A stretch of DNA of 63,749 nt, the filler included. It is 7 parts of 7 records of this genome, joined end to end, with 100 filler letters (N's around TTAATTAATTAA, not from the genome) between each part and the next. Parts side by side here need not be neighbours in the genome. Positions count along the whole stretch, not along the records: positions 1 to 12,190 come from SRR31156797_23615; 6 more parts are not named here. One strand, 5' to 3'. Below the pieces are notes generated by a model. That model worked only from the letters and a program-made list of their open reading frames with translations, ran no database searches and was not told the origin of the DNA. Made by a program: the position numbers and the translations under genes. How positions within the stretch are numbered: position 1 is the first letter of the stretch; every line of letters starts with the position of its first letter. This document shows positions 1-9,481 of this stretch, one piece after another.

Positions 1-582
1 GAAAAACAGCTTCTTATTCAAACCTTTTGCATCACCAGAATATCTGAACCTGAGTCTTTCCAGGTATGTTTCAAAAATCCCTTTTCTTTTCATCTCACTG
101 CATCCGATCACCCAGACATCACAGTTAAAAAGTTTTTGAATATCAACGAGCATATCAGCCATAACTATTTGAGATTCTTCAGATATCTCACTGTATTTCT
201 TAAGCTTTTTCAGATCTCTAGTTGAATGAGTGTGCAGGCAGCTTTTATTTAGAACGGCAACTTCTTTTTCAAAATCTTTTACTAAACCGTTATTTAAAAA
301 AAAATTTCTTGCCATCTTTCCTGAAAGACCAATTAGATACCGGGAATCTTTCTGCTCATCCATCCCGGGATTATCTGCTACAAGAATATATTTGGGCCCG
401 CTCTTTCCAATCTTTCTAAGATCCTTATTAAAAACCAGGCTGTTTATCACTTCATACTTTGTTCTCTTTTGTTCCCCTGAATTTATCTGAGTTATTCTGT
501 CTAGAAGATCGGGGCTGTTTTTCTGCCAGAGCTTTACTTTTTTTTCAAAAGCATCAACAATTTTAAGGTATTGAGTATTCAT
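1..582 (-). CDS. Uracil-DNA glycosylase superfamily-like protein, 3' end runs off the window (not in ORF track)
   Basis: Hand translation from ATG at 582 is open to base 1 (194 codons): MNTQYLKIVD...YILVADNPGMDEQKDSRYLIGLSGKMARNFF...VAVLNKSCLHT. This resembles UDG motif A (G-x-N/A-P-G-xx-E...F-V-G-x-S-G). Starts 5 nt after the upstream gene's stop. Confidence 0.6.
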   Translation of the reverse strand, partial: MNTQYLKIVDAFEKKVKLWQKNSPDLLDRITQINSGEQKRTKYEVINSLVFNKDLRKIGKSGPKYILVADNPGMDEQKDSRYLIGLSGKMARNFFLNNGLVKDFEKEVAVLNKSCLHTHSTRDLKKLKKYSEISEESQIVMADMLVDIQKLFNCDVWVIGCSEMKRKGIFETYLERLRFRYSGDAKGLNKKLFF

Positions 583-587
583 TGGTG

Positions 588-2639
588 TCAGTCTTTTATT
601 CCGCCGTCATCTTTTATGCCGGGAACTATTATGTAGACATTTCTCGTATCAAGAAGAGCTCCCTCGCCATAAACTGTGATCTTTGCCAGAAAAAGAGTGC
701 TCTCAGTAGTTGTGGGTTCAAAAATAGTATTTTCAAAAGTAACATCAAAAAGCAATTCTGTGTTTGGTCTCACATTGTAAAACCAGTCATCATCCTTTGA
801 GTCATAGTTATTTGCAGGAATGGATGAATCTGTGAGGATCTTCTTAATAAACTGAGTCGTGTCAATGCTGTGAACATTAGTCACGCTTTCCTGACCAGTT
901 GTAATGTCTCTTTTTATGTTTAAAAGAAGGTCCTGAATAGCTGTGACAAGCTCATCACTTAAACCGCCGCCGGAATATCCAACCTGGAAGATGAAGTGCT
1001 CACCAGTTGCAGTTTTTGAATCTGTATCATTTGCGATATCTTCCATTCTATCCTGAATAGTTTCAAGGAGTTCTGTCGTAAGAGAAGTTCCCATAATACC
1101 AATAAATTTTGAATTTATGGCATTCATTGCATCGGCAACTTCATCCCTGTAATGGCCCTCATCTGGTTTTGAATCATTCCACTTGTATCTGTATGCTGTA
1201 ACTAACCCACCGGTGTCACTCAGCAGGTCCTTATTAATGTCATAAAGAGCTTCATCGGTCATCAGTATCTGGATCGGAAGTGCAGCATCTCTAAAACAGC
1301 CTCCTCCAATTGTTCCCATCTGACCTGTGCAATCCTGTGGAGCCATATCAATATCACGGTAAACATCGTAAAAACTATCAACATCCAGCACGCAACTAAC
1401 TGCATGATCAAGACAGTCACTAACATCAAATTCCAGCAGCTCTCCATCAAAACCATGACCGCTTGCTGCCTGAAAAAGTGTTTCATATTGAGAATCAATC
1501 GATCCGCTTCCGGGAGCTGTCATATTGGTAAGAGCAGCTGTAAGCTTGGCTACATCAGTCGTAACCGGTTGATTCATAACATGAGGTGTAGAATCAATAT
1601 GTTTATATGAAGCAATTGCAAATGCAGGATCATCCAGAACCGACTTTACACCAGGAATAATTATGTTGGCGATATCAGCTTTTACTGTATCGATCGCACT
1701 TGTCATTGAACCAGTAAGGTCAAAATGAAAAACTATGTCGGCCTTTTTAATCTCTGTGGTAAATTTTAACTTGTCATTCTTTTCAGGTTCCTGATAAGGA
1801 AGGATTACATAAAACTGGTCTTCATAAAATTCAGGATCTTTCACAAGCGGATCTGAACCTGCTGTAACTTCTGTATTATCATCAAAACCGTCACCATCGG
1901 TATCAATCTTTGTTGGATCTGTGCCTTTTTCCAACTCTTTTGAATCCTTTAACCCGTCATTGTCGCTATCTCTATCAAGATAATCAGGATGCCCATCCTC
2001 GTCACTATCTCTAGGGATATCAACTGTTCCAGCTTCATCAATGTCCGGAATTCCGTCTTCATCACTATCATCATCGATATAGTCCGCAATTCCATCACTG
2101 TCTGAATCTACTGAAGTTTCAACAACATCAGGGATCGTATCGCCATCAGAATCTGTATCAAGGTAGTCCGGAATTCCGTCTTCATCAGTGTCAACACATG
2201 CCTGCTCCGGACATTCAATTTCATCATTTATATGATCTCCGTCACTATCCAGATCGCGATAATCAAGAGAGCCATCATTATCAGTATCTACAGCGCCTTC
2301 AACTTTATCGGGGATCCCATCGCCGTCACTATCTTTATCAAGGTAATCAGGCGTTCCATCTTCATCAGTATCAACCTCAACACCGTTTGGCTTTTCAACT
2401 TCATTGCTTATACCGTCACCGTCACTATCAAATTCGGTTACCATGTCAACGTCTTCTTCTTCATTGTCAGGAAGCCCTGAATCACCATTGTCAACTATGG
2501 AATTATCCGGTAATCCACCGCCCTGATCACTGTCAGTAAAAAAAACATCAGATCCGCCCTGATCGTTAGGCTCATCCGTTGTACAAGAAGCAAAAAGCCC
2601 GACAACTATGATCAATAAAAAGGCTATCTTTTTAAACAT
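588..2639 (-). CDS. Lipoprotein with thrombospondin type-3-like Ca-binding repeats and a VWA (integrin beta I-like) domain
   Basis: Lipobox LFASC, 12 DxDxD(G) repeats, MIDAS-like FHFDLTGSM and downstream ILMTDE. Confidence 0.8.
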   Translation of the reverse strand: MFKKIAFLLIIVVGLFASCTTDEPNDQGGSDVFFTDSDQGGGLPDNSIVDNGDSGLPDNEEEDVDMVTEFDSDGDGISNEVEKPNGVEVDTDEDGTPDYLDKDSDGDGIPDKVEGAVDTDNDGSLDYRDLDSDGDHINDEIECPEQACVDTDEDGIPDYLDTDSDGDTIPDVVETSVDSDSDGIADYIDDDSDEDGIPDIDEAGTVDIPRDSDEDGHPDYLDRDSDNDGLKDSKELEKGTDPTKIDTDGDGFDDNTEVTAGSDPLVKDPEFYEDQFYVILPYQEPEKNDKLKFTTEIKKADIVFHFDLTGSMTSAIDTVKADIANIIIPGVKSVLDDPAFAIASYKHIDSTPHVMNQPVTTDVAKLTAALTNMTAPGSGSIDSQYETLFQAASGHGFDGELLEFDVSDCLDHAVSCVLDVDSFYDVYRDIDMAPQDCTGQMGTIGGGCFRDAALPIQILMTDEALYDINKDLLSDTGGLVTAYRYKWNDSKPDEGHYRDEVADAMNAINSKFIGIMGTSLTTELLETIQDRMEDIANDTDSKTATGEHFIFQVGYSGGGLSDELVTAIQDLLLNIKRDITTGQESVTNVHSIDTTQFIKKILTDSSIPANNYDSKDDDWFYNVRPNTELLFDVTFENTIFEPTTTESTLFLAKITVYGEGALLDTRNVYIIVPGIKDDGGIKD

Positions 2640-2815
2640 TTTTTACCCCAAATGAAAATATCACTGAAAAACACTTTGAGATTTTACCTGAAAATGGCAA
2701 TAAATCAATTAGTTATCTCCTTTAAAGCTTCTTTGAAAAATATCACTCACCACTTTTTGATTTTCTCGGCTTTTTTAACTAATATCTAAGTTGTAACTTT
2801 TCTTTTGGAGGAACC

Positions 2816-3631
2816 ATGTCAACTTTCATCATCAATCCGCAGGAACTCAATGAAAACTTTGAGAAATATGTCATCCTGGACTGTAGAGCTGAACTTTCAG
2901 ATCATAAATGGGGTGAAAACGAATACTTAAAGGAACACATCAAAGGCTCTCTTTTTGTTGACGGTGAGAAAATCCTTACTGGAGAGCTTGGAAAACACGG
3001 TGGAAGGCATCCTTTTCCTGACATGGAAGAATTTAGAAAAACCATGGAAAGTCTTGGAATCTCAGACAATTCGAAGGTCGCTATTTACGGACTTTTCGGC
3101 GCAAGAGCAGCTTTTATGCTTAGACTTTTTGGAATAACGGCTGGTTTTATCAGTGGCAATATTGAAATCTTAAAAAAGACCGGGATTCCTTTTGACAACC
3201 TGATTCCAAACCCTCAAAAAGGAAAAATTTCCGGAGAAATTAACAAAAAACTCCTTACAAGCATGAAGAATGTAAAAGAAAACCTCAATATAGTGCAACG
3301 AATACTTGTAGACTCCCGCTCTCCTGAAAGATTTAGTGGAGAGGATGAGCCGATTGATCCTATCGCAGGACATATTCCTGGAGCTGTAAACTTTCCCTGG
3401 GGTGATATTTTTAAAGAAGATGGAACTGCTTTAAATGAAGCCAAACTTAATGATCATTTTTCAGTTGATACTTCAAAAGATATCGTTCTTTACTGCGGAA
3501 GTGGAGTAACAGCTTGTTTTAACTGGCTTGCTTTAAATCATATAGGAAAAAAATGCTCGATCTATGCAGGCTCCTGGAGTGACTGGATCAGTTACGAAGA
3601 TAATTTAGACTTAATTTCATCAGGAGAATAA
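2816..3631 (+). CDS. Tandem-rhodanese sulfurtransferase (SseA/3-mercaptopyruvate sulfurtransferase type)
   Basis: HIKG, GGRHP, GHIPGA, active-site loop YCGSGVTAC, C-terminal YAGSWSDW; GGAGG RBS. Confidence 0.92.
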   Translation: MSTFIINPQELNENFEKYVILDCRAELSDHKWGENEYLKEHIKGSLFVDGEKILTGELGKHGGRHPFPDMEEFRKTMESLGISDNSKVAIYGLFGARAAFMLRLFGITAGFISGNIEILKKTGIPFDNLIPNPQKGKISGEINKKLLTSMKNVKENLNIVQRILVDSRSPERFSGEDEPIDPIAGHIPGAVNFPWGDIFKEDGTALNEAKLNDHFSVDTSKDIVLYCGSGVTACFNWLALNHIGKKCSIYAGSWSDWISYEDNLDLISSGE

Positions 3632-3632
3632 C

Positions 3633-4760
3633 ATGAGAGTTTTTCATTTTGTACTTGATAGCCTTGGAATTGGAAATGCACCTGATGCTGATGATTTTGG
3701 AGATAAAGGCGCAGACACTTTAGGCCATATTGCTGACAAAATTGACGGTTTTTCTTTGCCAAACCTTGAATTTCTTGGACTCGGCTATCTTAAAGATCAC
3801 TCAAAAATTCTAAAATATCCCGGATGTGGATGCAGGGTCGGCAAAATGATCGAGCTTTCAGGCAGTAAAGATACCAGCGCAGGACACTGGGAAATGATGG
3901 GAGTAAAAGTTAACACAGCTTTTGCGCATTTTGATAAAAACGGATTTTCTGAAGAAATTCTTAAAGAATTCGAATCTATTACTGGTCGTGGATGGATCGG
4001 TAACATTGCTGCAAGCGGTACCCAGATCATTGAAGAACTTGGTGACGAGCATGTAAAAACCGGCAAATTCATTGTTTACACTTCTGCTGATTCAGTTTTT
4101 CAGATCGCCTCACATGTTGATACAATTCCACTGGAAGAGCTTTACGAAGTCTGTGAAAAGACAAGAAAGTTTCTTGATAAACATATGGTGCTAAGGGTTA
4201 TTGCAAGACCTTTTGAGGGGGTCTCTGGAAATTACACTAGATTAAACTCTAAAAGGCATGATTATTCTATGAAGCCGACTGACAGAACTTATCTTGAGGA
4301 TTTTCAGGAAAATGGAATTAAGGTAATTGGTGTAGGGAAAATTCCTGATATTTTTGCCCATATCGGAGTTGATGAAAAGATCCATACTGATAGCAACTTA
4401 GACGGAATGAAAAAGAATCTTGAACTAATAAAAACTGCTCCTGACAGATCTTTTATTTTTACAAACCTCGTTGAATTTGATGCAGTTTACGGTCACCGCA
4501 GAAATGTAGAAGGCTACTATCAGGCACTACAGGAATTTGACAAGTTTGTGCCTGAATTTATTGATAAAATGAATGATGACGACTTTCTTATTCTTACTGC
4601 AGACCATGGTTGCGATCCGACATTTAAAGGATCAGATCACACTAGAGAAATGGTTCCGCTTATTATCTACTCAAACTCTCAAAATGGATTTGAAGACCTT
4701 GGAGAACTAAAAGGTTTTATGACCGCAGGAAATAAGATCAAAGAAATTTTCGGGATCTGA
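3633..4760 (+). CDS. deoB: Phosphopentomutase
   Basis: VLDSLGIG, KDTSAGHWE, YTSADSVFQI, GHRRN, TADHGCDPT, DHTRE motifs. Confidence 0.95.
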   Translation: MRVFHFVLDSLGIGNAPDADDFGDKGADTLGHIADKIDGFSLPNLEFLGLGYLKDHSKILKYPGCGCRVGKMIELSGSKDTSAGHWEMMGVKVNTAFAHFDKNGFSEEILKEFESITGRGWIGNIAASGTQIIEELGDEHVKTGKFIVYTSADSVFQIASHVDTIPLEELYEVCEKTRKFLDKHMVLRVIARPFEGVSGNYTRLNSKRHDYSMKPTDRTYLEDFQENGIKVIGVGKIPDIFAHIGVDEKIHTDSNLDGMKKNLELIKTAPDRSFIFTNLVEFDAVYGHRRNVEGYYQALQEFDKFVPEFIDKMNDDDFLILTADHGCDPTFKGSDHTREMVPLIIYSNSQNGFEDLGELKGFMTAGNKIKEIFGI

Positions 4761-5558
4761 TCACTTACAAGTTTTTTCGTCAACACATTGATAACAGTTA
4801 CTCACGTAGGCTAAAACTTCACCATTCTTACATTCAGGAGCCGGCATCTTGCATGTTGGGACAGTTCCGTCATCACAATGAGCTTTTCTATTAGTCTCAA
4901 CACAACTTAAAGGATCAACACAAGACCAGCAGCTACTGATTATAGCAAGAATATCGCTTCCCTCACAGTCCACAGGCGGGATCATGTCACACATATCAGT
5001 AGATCCATCATCACATCTTTCGTCTCTTGGTTCAGTGCAGTCTGCTGGACAGTTGCAAACATCCTCGCCATCTTCACAAACCTTATTTCCACAGTCAATA
5101 CAAACAACGCCACCAACCAGTGGCTCACACATTCCAATTTTGTCCGTGTAGTTAAGGTCATAAGTTGTAGAAGATTGAAGACCTTCGCAGCACTCTTTTG
5201 CACCCGGATAAACTCCTGTTGTTTCACCAACACCAAGACAGTCTGAAGTATCAGCATCATTCACTTCATCTGTTGTTTCATCCACAGTATCATCTGCAAC
5301 TTCATCAGTTATTTCATCCACAATCTCATCTGCAACTTCATCATTTATTTCATCGTCCTGACTGTCCACATCGTCCTTATCGTCCAGCTTTTCATCCGCA
5401 ACCTCATCTGTTGCTTCATCAGAAAAGTCAGTGTCCACTTCGTCCACGAAGTCCTTATCGTCCACTTGATTCCCGTCATTGACAACTACTTTTTTATCCT
5501 CATCACAACTGATAATAAAAAAAACAGCCATCACAAATATCAAAAAGATCTTTTTCAT
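4761..5558 (-). CDS. Cys-rich lipoprotein with an acidic low-complexity linker, function unknown
   Basis: Lipobox IISC, DEV(A/T)DE repeats, 22 further Cys including two tandem six-Cys modules. Confidence 0.75.
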   Translation of the reverse strand: MKKIFLIFVMAVFFIISCDEDKKVVVNDGNQVDDKDFVDEVDTDFSDEATDEVADEKLDDKDDVDSQDDEINDEVADEIVDEITDEVADDTVDETTDEVNDADTSDCLGVGETTGVYPGAKECCEGLQSSTTYDLNYTDKIGMCEPLVGGVVCIDCGNKVCEDGEDVCNCPADCTEPRDERCDDGSTDMCDMIPPVDCEGSDILAIISSCWSCVDPLSCVETNRKAHCDDGTVPTCKMPAPECKNGEVLAYVSNCYQCVDEKTCK

Positions 5559-5619
5559 TTATCTCTCCTCGTTTTAAATAAGTAAGATCTTAAAAATTAT
5601 AGGGATTTTAGAACTCACT

Positions 5620-6156
5620 TCAAGAATTATTTTTTGCGAGCTTTCTTTTCTGATATTTTGTGAAAAAGGATCTTGTGAGAATATAGGTGGGAAACATTGC
5701 GATAAGTCCGACAACTGCTCCACCGATACACATTGGAAGAAAAATATCTGCTCCAAGTCCTAAAAATGCAGCTGTCTGATCTACAAATCCGTCAAGATTG
5801 ACAACCTCAAGCATTCTTTCTTTAACGGCAGTCGCGGTAAGAACCATTTCCGCCGGATAAAAGAACGTTCCTATCCAGTAAATGAATGCATAAAGCGGAA
5901 TAACTGTTAGCGGATTACTGATCCACACCCCTGCTACTGCCGCGATTTTATTAGCTTTTCTAAATGGAAGCGAAAAAACAAGAACAACTCCCATCTGAAT
6001 TCCCATTATGGGCAGAAAGCCTATGAAAATTCCGAGTGCAAGTCCTAAAGCAATATCATGCGGAGAGTCATTAAGCTTTAAAAGTTTGTTCCATATCTGA
6101 AGAAACTGTCCCTTAAGATCATACCAACTGGGTTTATTTGATACTTTATCTGTCAT
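5620..6156 (-). CDS. DUF2062 family membrane protein
   Basis: SPHDIALGLALGIFIGFLP...WISNPLT pattern typical of DUF2062. Confidence 0.85.
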   Translation of the reverse strand: MTDKVSNKPSWYDLKGQFLQIWNKLLKLNDSPHDIALGLALGIFIGFLPIMGIQMGVVLVFSLPFRKANKIAAVAGVWISNPLTVIPLYAFIYWIGTFFYPAEMVLTATAVKERMLEVVNLDGFVDQTAAFLGLGADIFLPMCIGGAVVGLIAMFPTYILTRSFFTKYQKRKLAKNNS

Positions 6157-6158
6157 GA

Positions 6159-7472
6159 TTATTCAGAATCTTCTTCCATGCTTTTTTCAGCTTCGTTGAA
6201 ATTCTTAACAGCACAGAGATCACCACACATAGAACATGTCTCTTCATCGGCTTCTGCAGGTCTGTCACCTCTGTATTTTATGCATTTATCAGGATCCATT
6301 GAAAGTTCAAGCTGCCTATCCCAATCAAGTGCTCTTCGTGCTTTACCCATTTCATTATCCCACTGGATAGCTCCAGGGTGTTTATTTGCTATATCTGCTG
6401 AATGCGCTGCAATTCTTGTAGCGATCACACCTTCTTTCACATCTTCTATCGTTGGAAGAGAAAGATGCTCCGCAGGGGTTACGTAACAGAGAAAGTTTGC
6501 GCCACTCATTGCAGCAATTGCACCACCTATCGCTGAGGTAATATGATCATAGCCAGGCGCAACATCTGTTACGATCGGACCAAGAACATAAAAAGGAGCG
6601 TTCTTACAAAGAGTCTTTTCAATTTTCATATTTGTAGCAACCTGATCCAAAGGAACATGTCCCGGGCCTTCGATCATGACCTGAACGCCTTTGTCTCTTG
6701 CTCTTTCTGTCAACTCACCAAGTGTTATAAGTTCCTGGATCTGAGGTCTATCTGTTGCATCAGCAAGAGCTCCGGGACGAAGTCCATCACCAAGAGAAAA
6801 AACACAGTCATACTTGTGACAAATATCAACAAGTCTGTCAAAATGTTCAAACAGTGGGTTTTCCATCTTATTATGAGCCATCCATCTTGCCGTAATGCTT
6901 CCGCCTCTTGAGACTATTCCCATAACTCGTTTGGATTTTCCTATAGTTTTTAGCAACTTCCAGTTAACACCACAATGAACAGTGATAAAATCAACTCCGC
7001 TTGCAACCTGTTTTTCTATTGCTTCAAAGATCTCGTCAACTGTCATTTCTGAAAAAGATTTTTTTCTCTCTCTAACACAGTCAACAATTGCCTGATAGAT
7101 CGGAACGGTTCCAATTATCGCAGGCACTTCTTTCATGATGGTCTTTCTTGTGTGCTCAAGTTCTCTTCCAGTTGAAAGGTCCATTATAGCATCTGCACCG
7201 AATTTAACGGCGATTCTTGCTTTTTCAACTTCTTCTTCCAGTGAATTTACATCTTCAGATGTACCAATATTCGCATTCACTTTTACCCTACATCCCTCAC
7301 CAATTGCAAGAGGTGTCACATCATGCACCCTATTCTTACAAATAACAATTGAGCCATCAGCAACTTTACTGCTCATAACCTCTGGATCCATTTTTTCATG
7401 CTCAGCAGCAACCTTAACTTCTTCAGTAATAACTCCCTTTCTTGCAGCTTCGATTTGTGTCATTTTATTCAT
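6159..7472 (-). CDS. thiC: Phosphomethylpyrimidine synthase ThiC
   Basis: KVNANIGTS, MDLSTG, VSRGGS, LGDGLRPG, EGPGH, C-terminal CSMCGDLC Fe-S motif. Confidence 0.97.
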   Translation of the reverse strand: MNKMTQIEAARKGVITEEVKVAAEHEKMDPEVMSSKVADGSIVICKNRVHDVTPLAIGEGCRVKVNANIGTSEDVNSLEEEVEKARIAVKFGADAIMDLSTGRELEHTRKTIMKEVPAIIGTVPIYQAIVDCVRERKKSFSEMTVDEIFEAIEKQVASGVDFITVHCGVNWKLLKTIGKSKRVMGIVSRGGSITARWMAHNKMENPLFEHFDRLVDICHKYDCVFSLGDGLRPGALADATDRPQIQELITLGELTERARDKGVQVMIEGPGHVPLDQVATNMKIEKTLCKNAPFYVLGPIVTDVAPGYDHITSAIGGAIAAMSGANFLCYVTPAEHLSLPTIEDVKEGVIATRIAAHSADIANKHPGAIQWDNEMGKARRALDWDRQLELSMDPDKCIKYRGDRPAEADEETCSMCGDLCAVKNFNEAEKSMEEDSE

Positions 7473-8058
7473 TATTCTTCTCCATTATCAATTGCGATAA
7501 CTCGGCAATATCATCATTTGCGGTTACTCCGTAAAAAAGTGAGATCCCCGCTAAATTACAAAAACCACGCTCAATGAGCGTACGCCCCCTCATTCTATTT
7601 ATTCCACCAAGAAGATAAAGATTTTTCATCTTTATCGGCTCAACTGTTTCTCTTTTGTCATCAGGTTTGGATATCGGCTTATAGATAGGAGAGTAAAAGA
7701 CATAATTCAGCTCCTTTTCAAAAGCCTTCCGCACCATTTCTAAAGAGTGGACGGAAACAGCTATAGCCCTGTTTTTATTGTCTTTTTTAGATCCAACAGC
7801 TTTTTCAAAGAATCGTTCAGAGAAATGGTGGCAGCGAAAACCATCCAATGATCCTTTATCGGGATTATGAATGAATATTTTTTTCTTAGGAAACTTCAAA
7901 ATAAGGTTCTTTGCCAACTGACCGATCTGAGACTGGTCATACTTTCCGTTATTTCTAAGCGAGACCATGCCTGCCCCGTTATTTAACGCAACAGCAACTG
8001 TCTTTTCAACTTCGATCAGATCTGAAGACTTAGAAAAATCTGTGATCATCCAAAGCAT
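7465..8058 (-). CDS. Divergent thiamine-phosphate synthase/TenI family protein
   Basis: SVHSLE, YVFYSPIY..SKP, LYLLGGI motifs of the ThiE/TenI barrel; overlaps the thiC start. Confidence 0.75.
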   Translation of the reverse strand: MLWMITDFSKSSDLIEVEKTVAVALNNGAGMVSLRNNGKYDQSQIGQLAKNLILKFPKKKIFIHNPDKGSLDGFRCHHFSERFFEKAVGSKKDNKNRAIAVSVHSLEMVRKAFEKELNYVFYSPIYKPISKPDDKRETVEPIKMKNLYLLGGINRMRGRTLIERGFCNLAGISLFYGVTANDDIAELSQLIMEKNNE

Positions 8059-8076
8059 TTTTCCCTCCCCTGATAA

Positions 8077-8105
8077 TTGTTACTATCATTTAGGCTGTTT
8101 GTCAA
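8077..8105 (-). promoter_or_regulatory. Possible internal sigma70 promoter for thiE-thiC
   Basis: Minus strand TTGACA-17 nt-TAACAA, followed by a GGAGGG RBS. The -10 match is weak. Confidence 0.4.
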
Positions 8106-8114
8106 AGGAGAACT

Positions 8115-9473
8115 TTAGATATCGTCGGAATAGTTGTCCATCGTATGAAATCTTGTGTAGTTTGGAACAAAGCGAAGCTTAACAACACCCTGCTGTCCAT
8201 GTCTGTTCTTCTGAACAAAAATATCTGCCGTGTTATTTTTTTCTCCATCCTGCTTATAGACATCTTCTCTGTGAATGAACATGACCATATCTGCATCCTG
8301 CTCAATAGCTCCGGAATCCTTAAGATCACTTAGCATAGGAACTTTTGATGACCTATCTTCAACTTTTCTATTAAGCTGTGCAAGTGCAACTATGGGAATT
8401 CCCATATCTTTAGCGAAAAGTTTTATGTTTCTTGATATATCTTCAACCTGACGAACTCTATCATCTTTAAAAGTGTTAGATGACATTAGCTGGAGATAAT
8501 CAACCATTATGCAATTAAGTTTTTTCCCTGATTTTTTTAGTTCAGTATCCAATTTCTTAGCTCTAGAGCGAAGATCGGATACGGTTAATTTTGAAGTGTC
8601 GTCAATGTAGATTGGTAGTCTGCTCAAGCTGTCTACATTTCTCCACAGCCTATCAGTCTCTCCTTCGTCGAACTTGCCGGTAAGAAGATGTTTAGCATTA
8701 ACCGAGCATTCAATAGACATGACTCTGTTTCCAAGCTGACTTTTAGGCATCTCAAGAGAAAAAATAAGAACATTGTTTTCATTCTTTGCCATTTCAATTG
8801 CCATGTTAAGGGCAAAACTTGTCTTTCCCATTCCAGGACGTCCAGCAAGAACGACCATATCACCCGGCTTAAATCCACTTCCTAGATTATCAAGATGAGG
8901 ATAACCCGATGAAATTCCAGAAATTGTCTGTTTGCTGTCAACTCTTTCCTTTAGTGCAGACAATTCTTTATCAACAATATCCTTAAGAAGGGACACTGTT
9001 GAAGCCTGCCTTCTGTTGCTAATATCAATTAGCAGACTAGTTGTCTGATCAGCAACATCATCAAAGCTCTGAGTTTGCCTGTATGCATTTTCCGAACTAT
9101 CGGCACAAATATTTATTAGCGACCTGTAAAGAGATTTCTCAATGATTATATCACAATACTCATTAAGTATTTTTTCAGAAATTACAGGGGCTTTGTTTGC
9201 AAGCTCATAAAGATACTCGACATCAGGCACTCCTGCTTTTTCCTGCACAGATGAAAGTTTATCTGAAACAGTAATTACATCCGGGGTTCTCCCTTCTGTA
9301 TTTATTTCAATAATTGATCTGAAAATATGACTGTTACGTTCTTCATAAAAATCGTCGGGAAGCAGCCCTGTGCCTTCAACAGTACCGAACAGCTTCCCGT
9401 TTATGAGGAGACACCCCAAAAGTGATGTCTCCGCTTCAAGATGTCTTGGTAATGTTAGAGGTGTAAGATCCAT
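8115..9473 (-). CDS. dnaB: Replicative DNA helicase DnaB
   Basis: Walker A AGRPGMGKT, FSLEM, VDYLQLM, AQLNR, SGAIEQDAD, KNRHG. Confidence 0.97.
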   Translation of the reverse strand: MDLTPLTLPRHLEAETSLLGCLLINGKLFGTVEGTGLLPDDFYEERNSHIFRSIIEINTEGRTPDVITVSDKLSSVQEKAGVPDVEYLYELANKAPVISEKILNEYCDIIIEKSLYRSLINICADSSENAYRQTQSFDDVADQTTSLLIDISNRRQASTVSLLKDIVDKELSALKERVDSKQTISGISSGYPHLDNLGSGFKPGDMVVLAGRPGMGKTSFALNMAIEMAKNENNVLIFSLEMPKSQLGNRVMSIECSVNAKHLLTGKFDEGETDRLWRNVDSLSRLPIYIDDTSKLTVSDLRSRAKKLDTELKKSGKKLNCIMVDYLQLMSSNTFKDDRVRQVEDISRNIKLFAKDMGIPIVALAQLNRKVEDRSSKVPMLSDLKDSGAIEQDADMVMFIHREDVYKQDGEKNNTADIFVQKNRHGQQGVVKLRFVPNYTRFHTMDNYSDDI

Positions 9474-9481
9474 TTAGCTTC

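Noticed and set aside
1850..2440. Regularly spaced DNA repeats as a possible CRISPR array
   Set aside because: They are degenerate, in-frame codon repeats encoding DxDxDG motifs. There are no identical repeats with unique spacers and no cas genes in the window.
2816..7472. Sulfurtransferase as the thiamine sulfur donor
   Set aside because: It is on the opposite strand, coupled to deoB, and no thiS, thiF or thiG is present to support the link.
8059..8114. TPP riboswitch before thiE-thiC
   Set aside because: The gap is too short and lacks the CTGAGA and ACCTG core motifs.
8115..9473. Intein in DnaB
   Set aside because: The 452-aa length and continuous helicase motifs leave no insertion.
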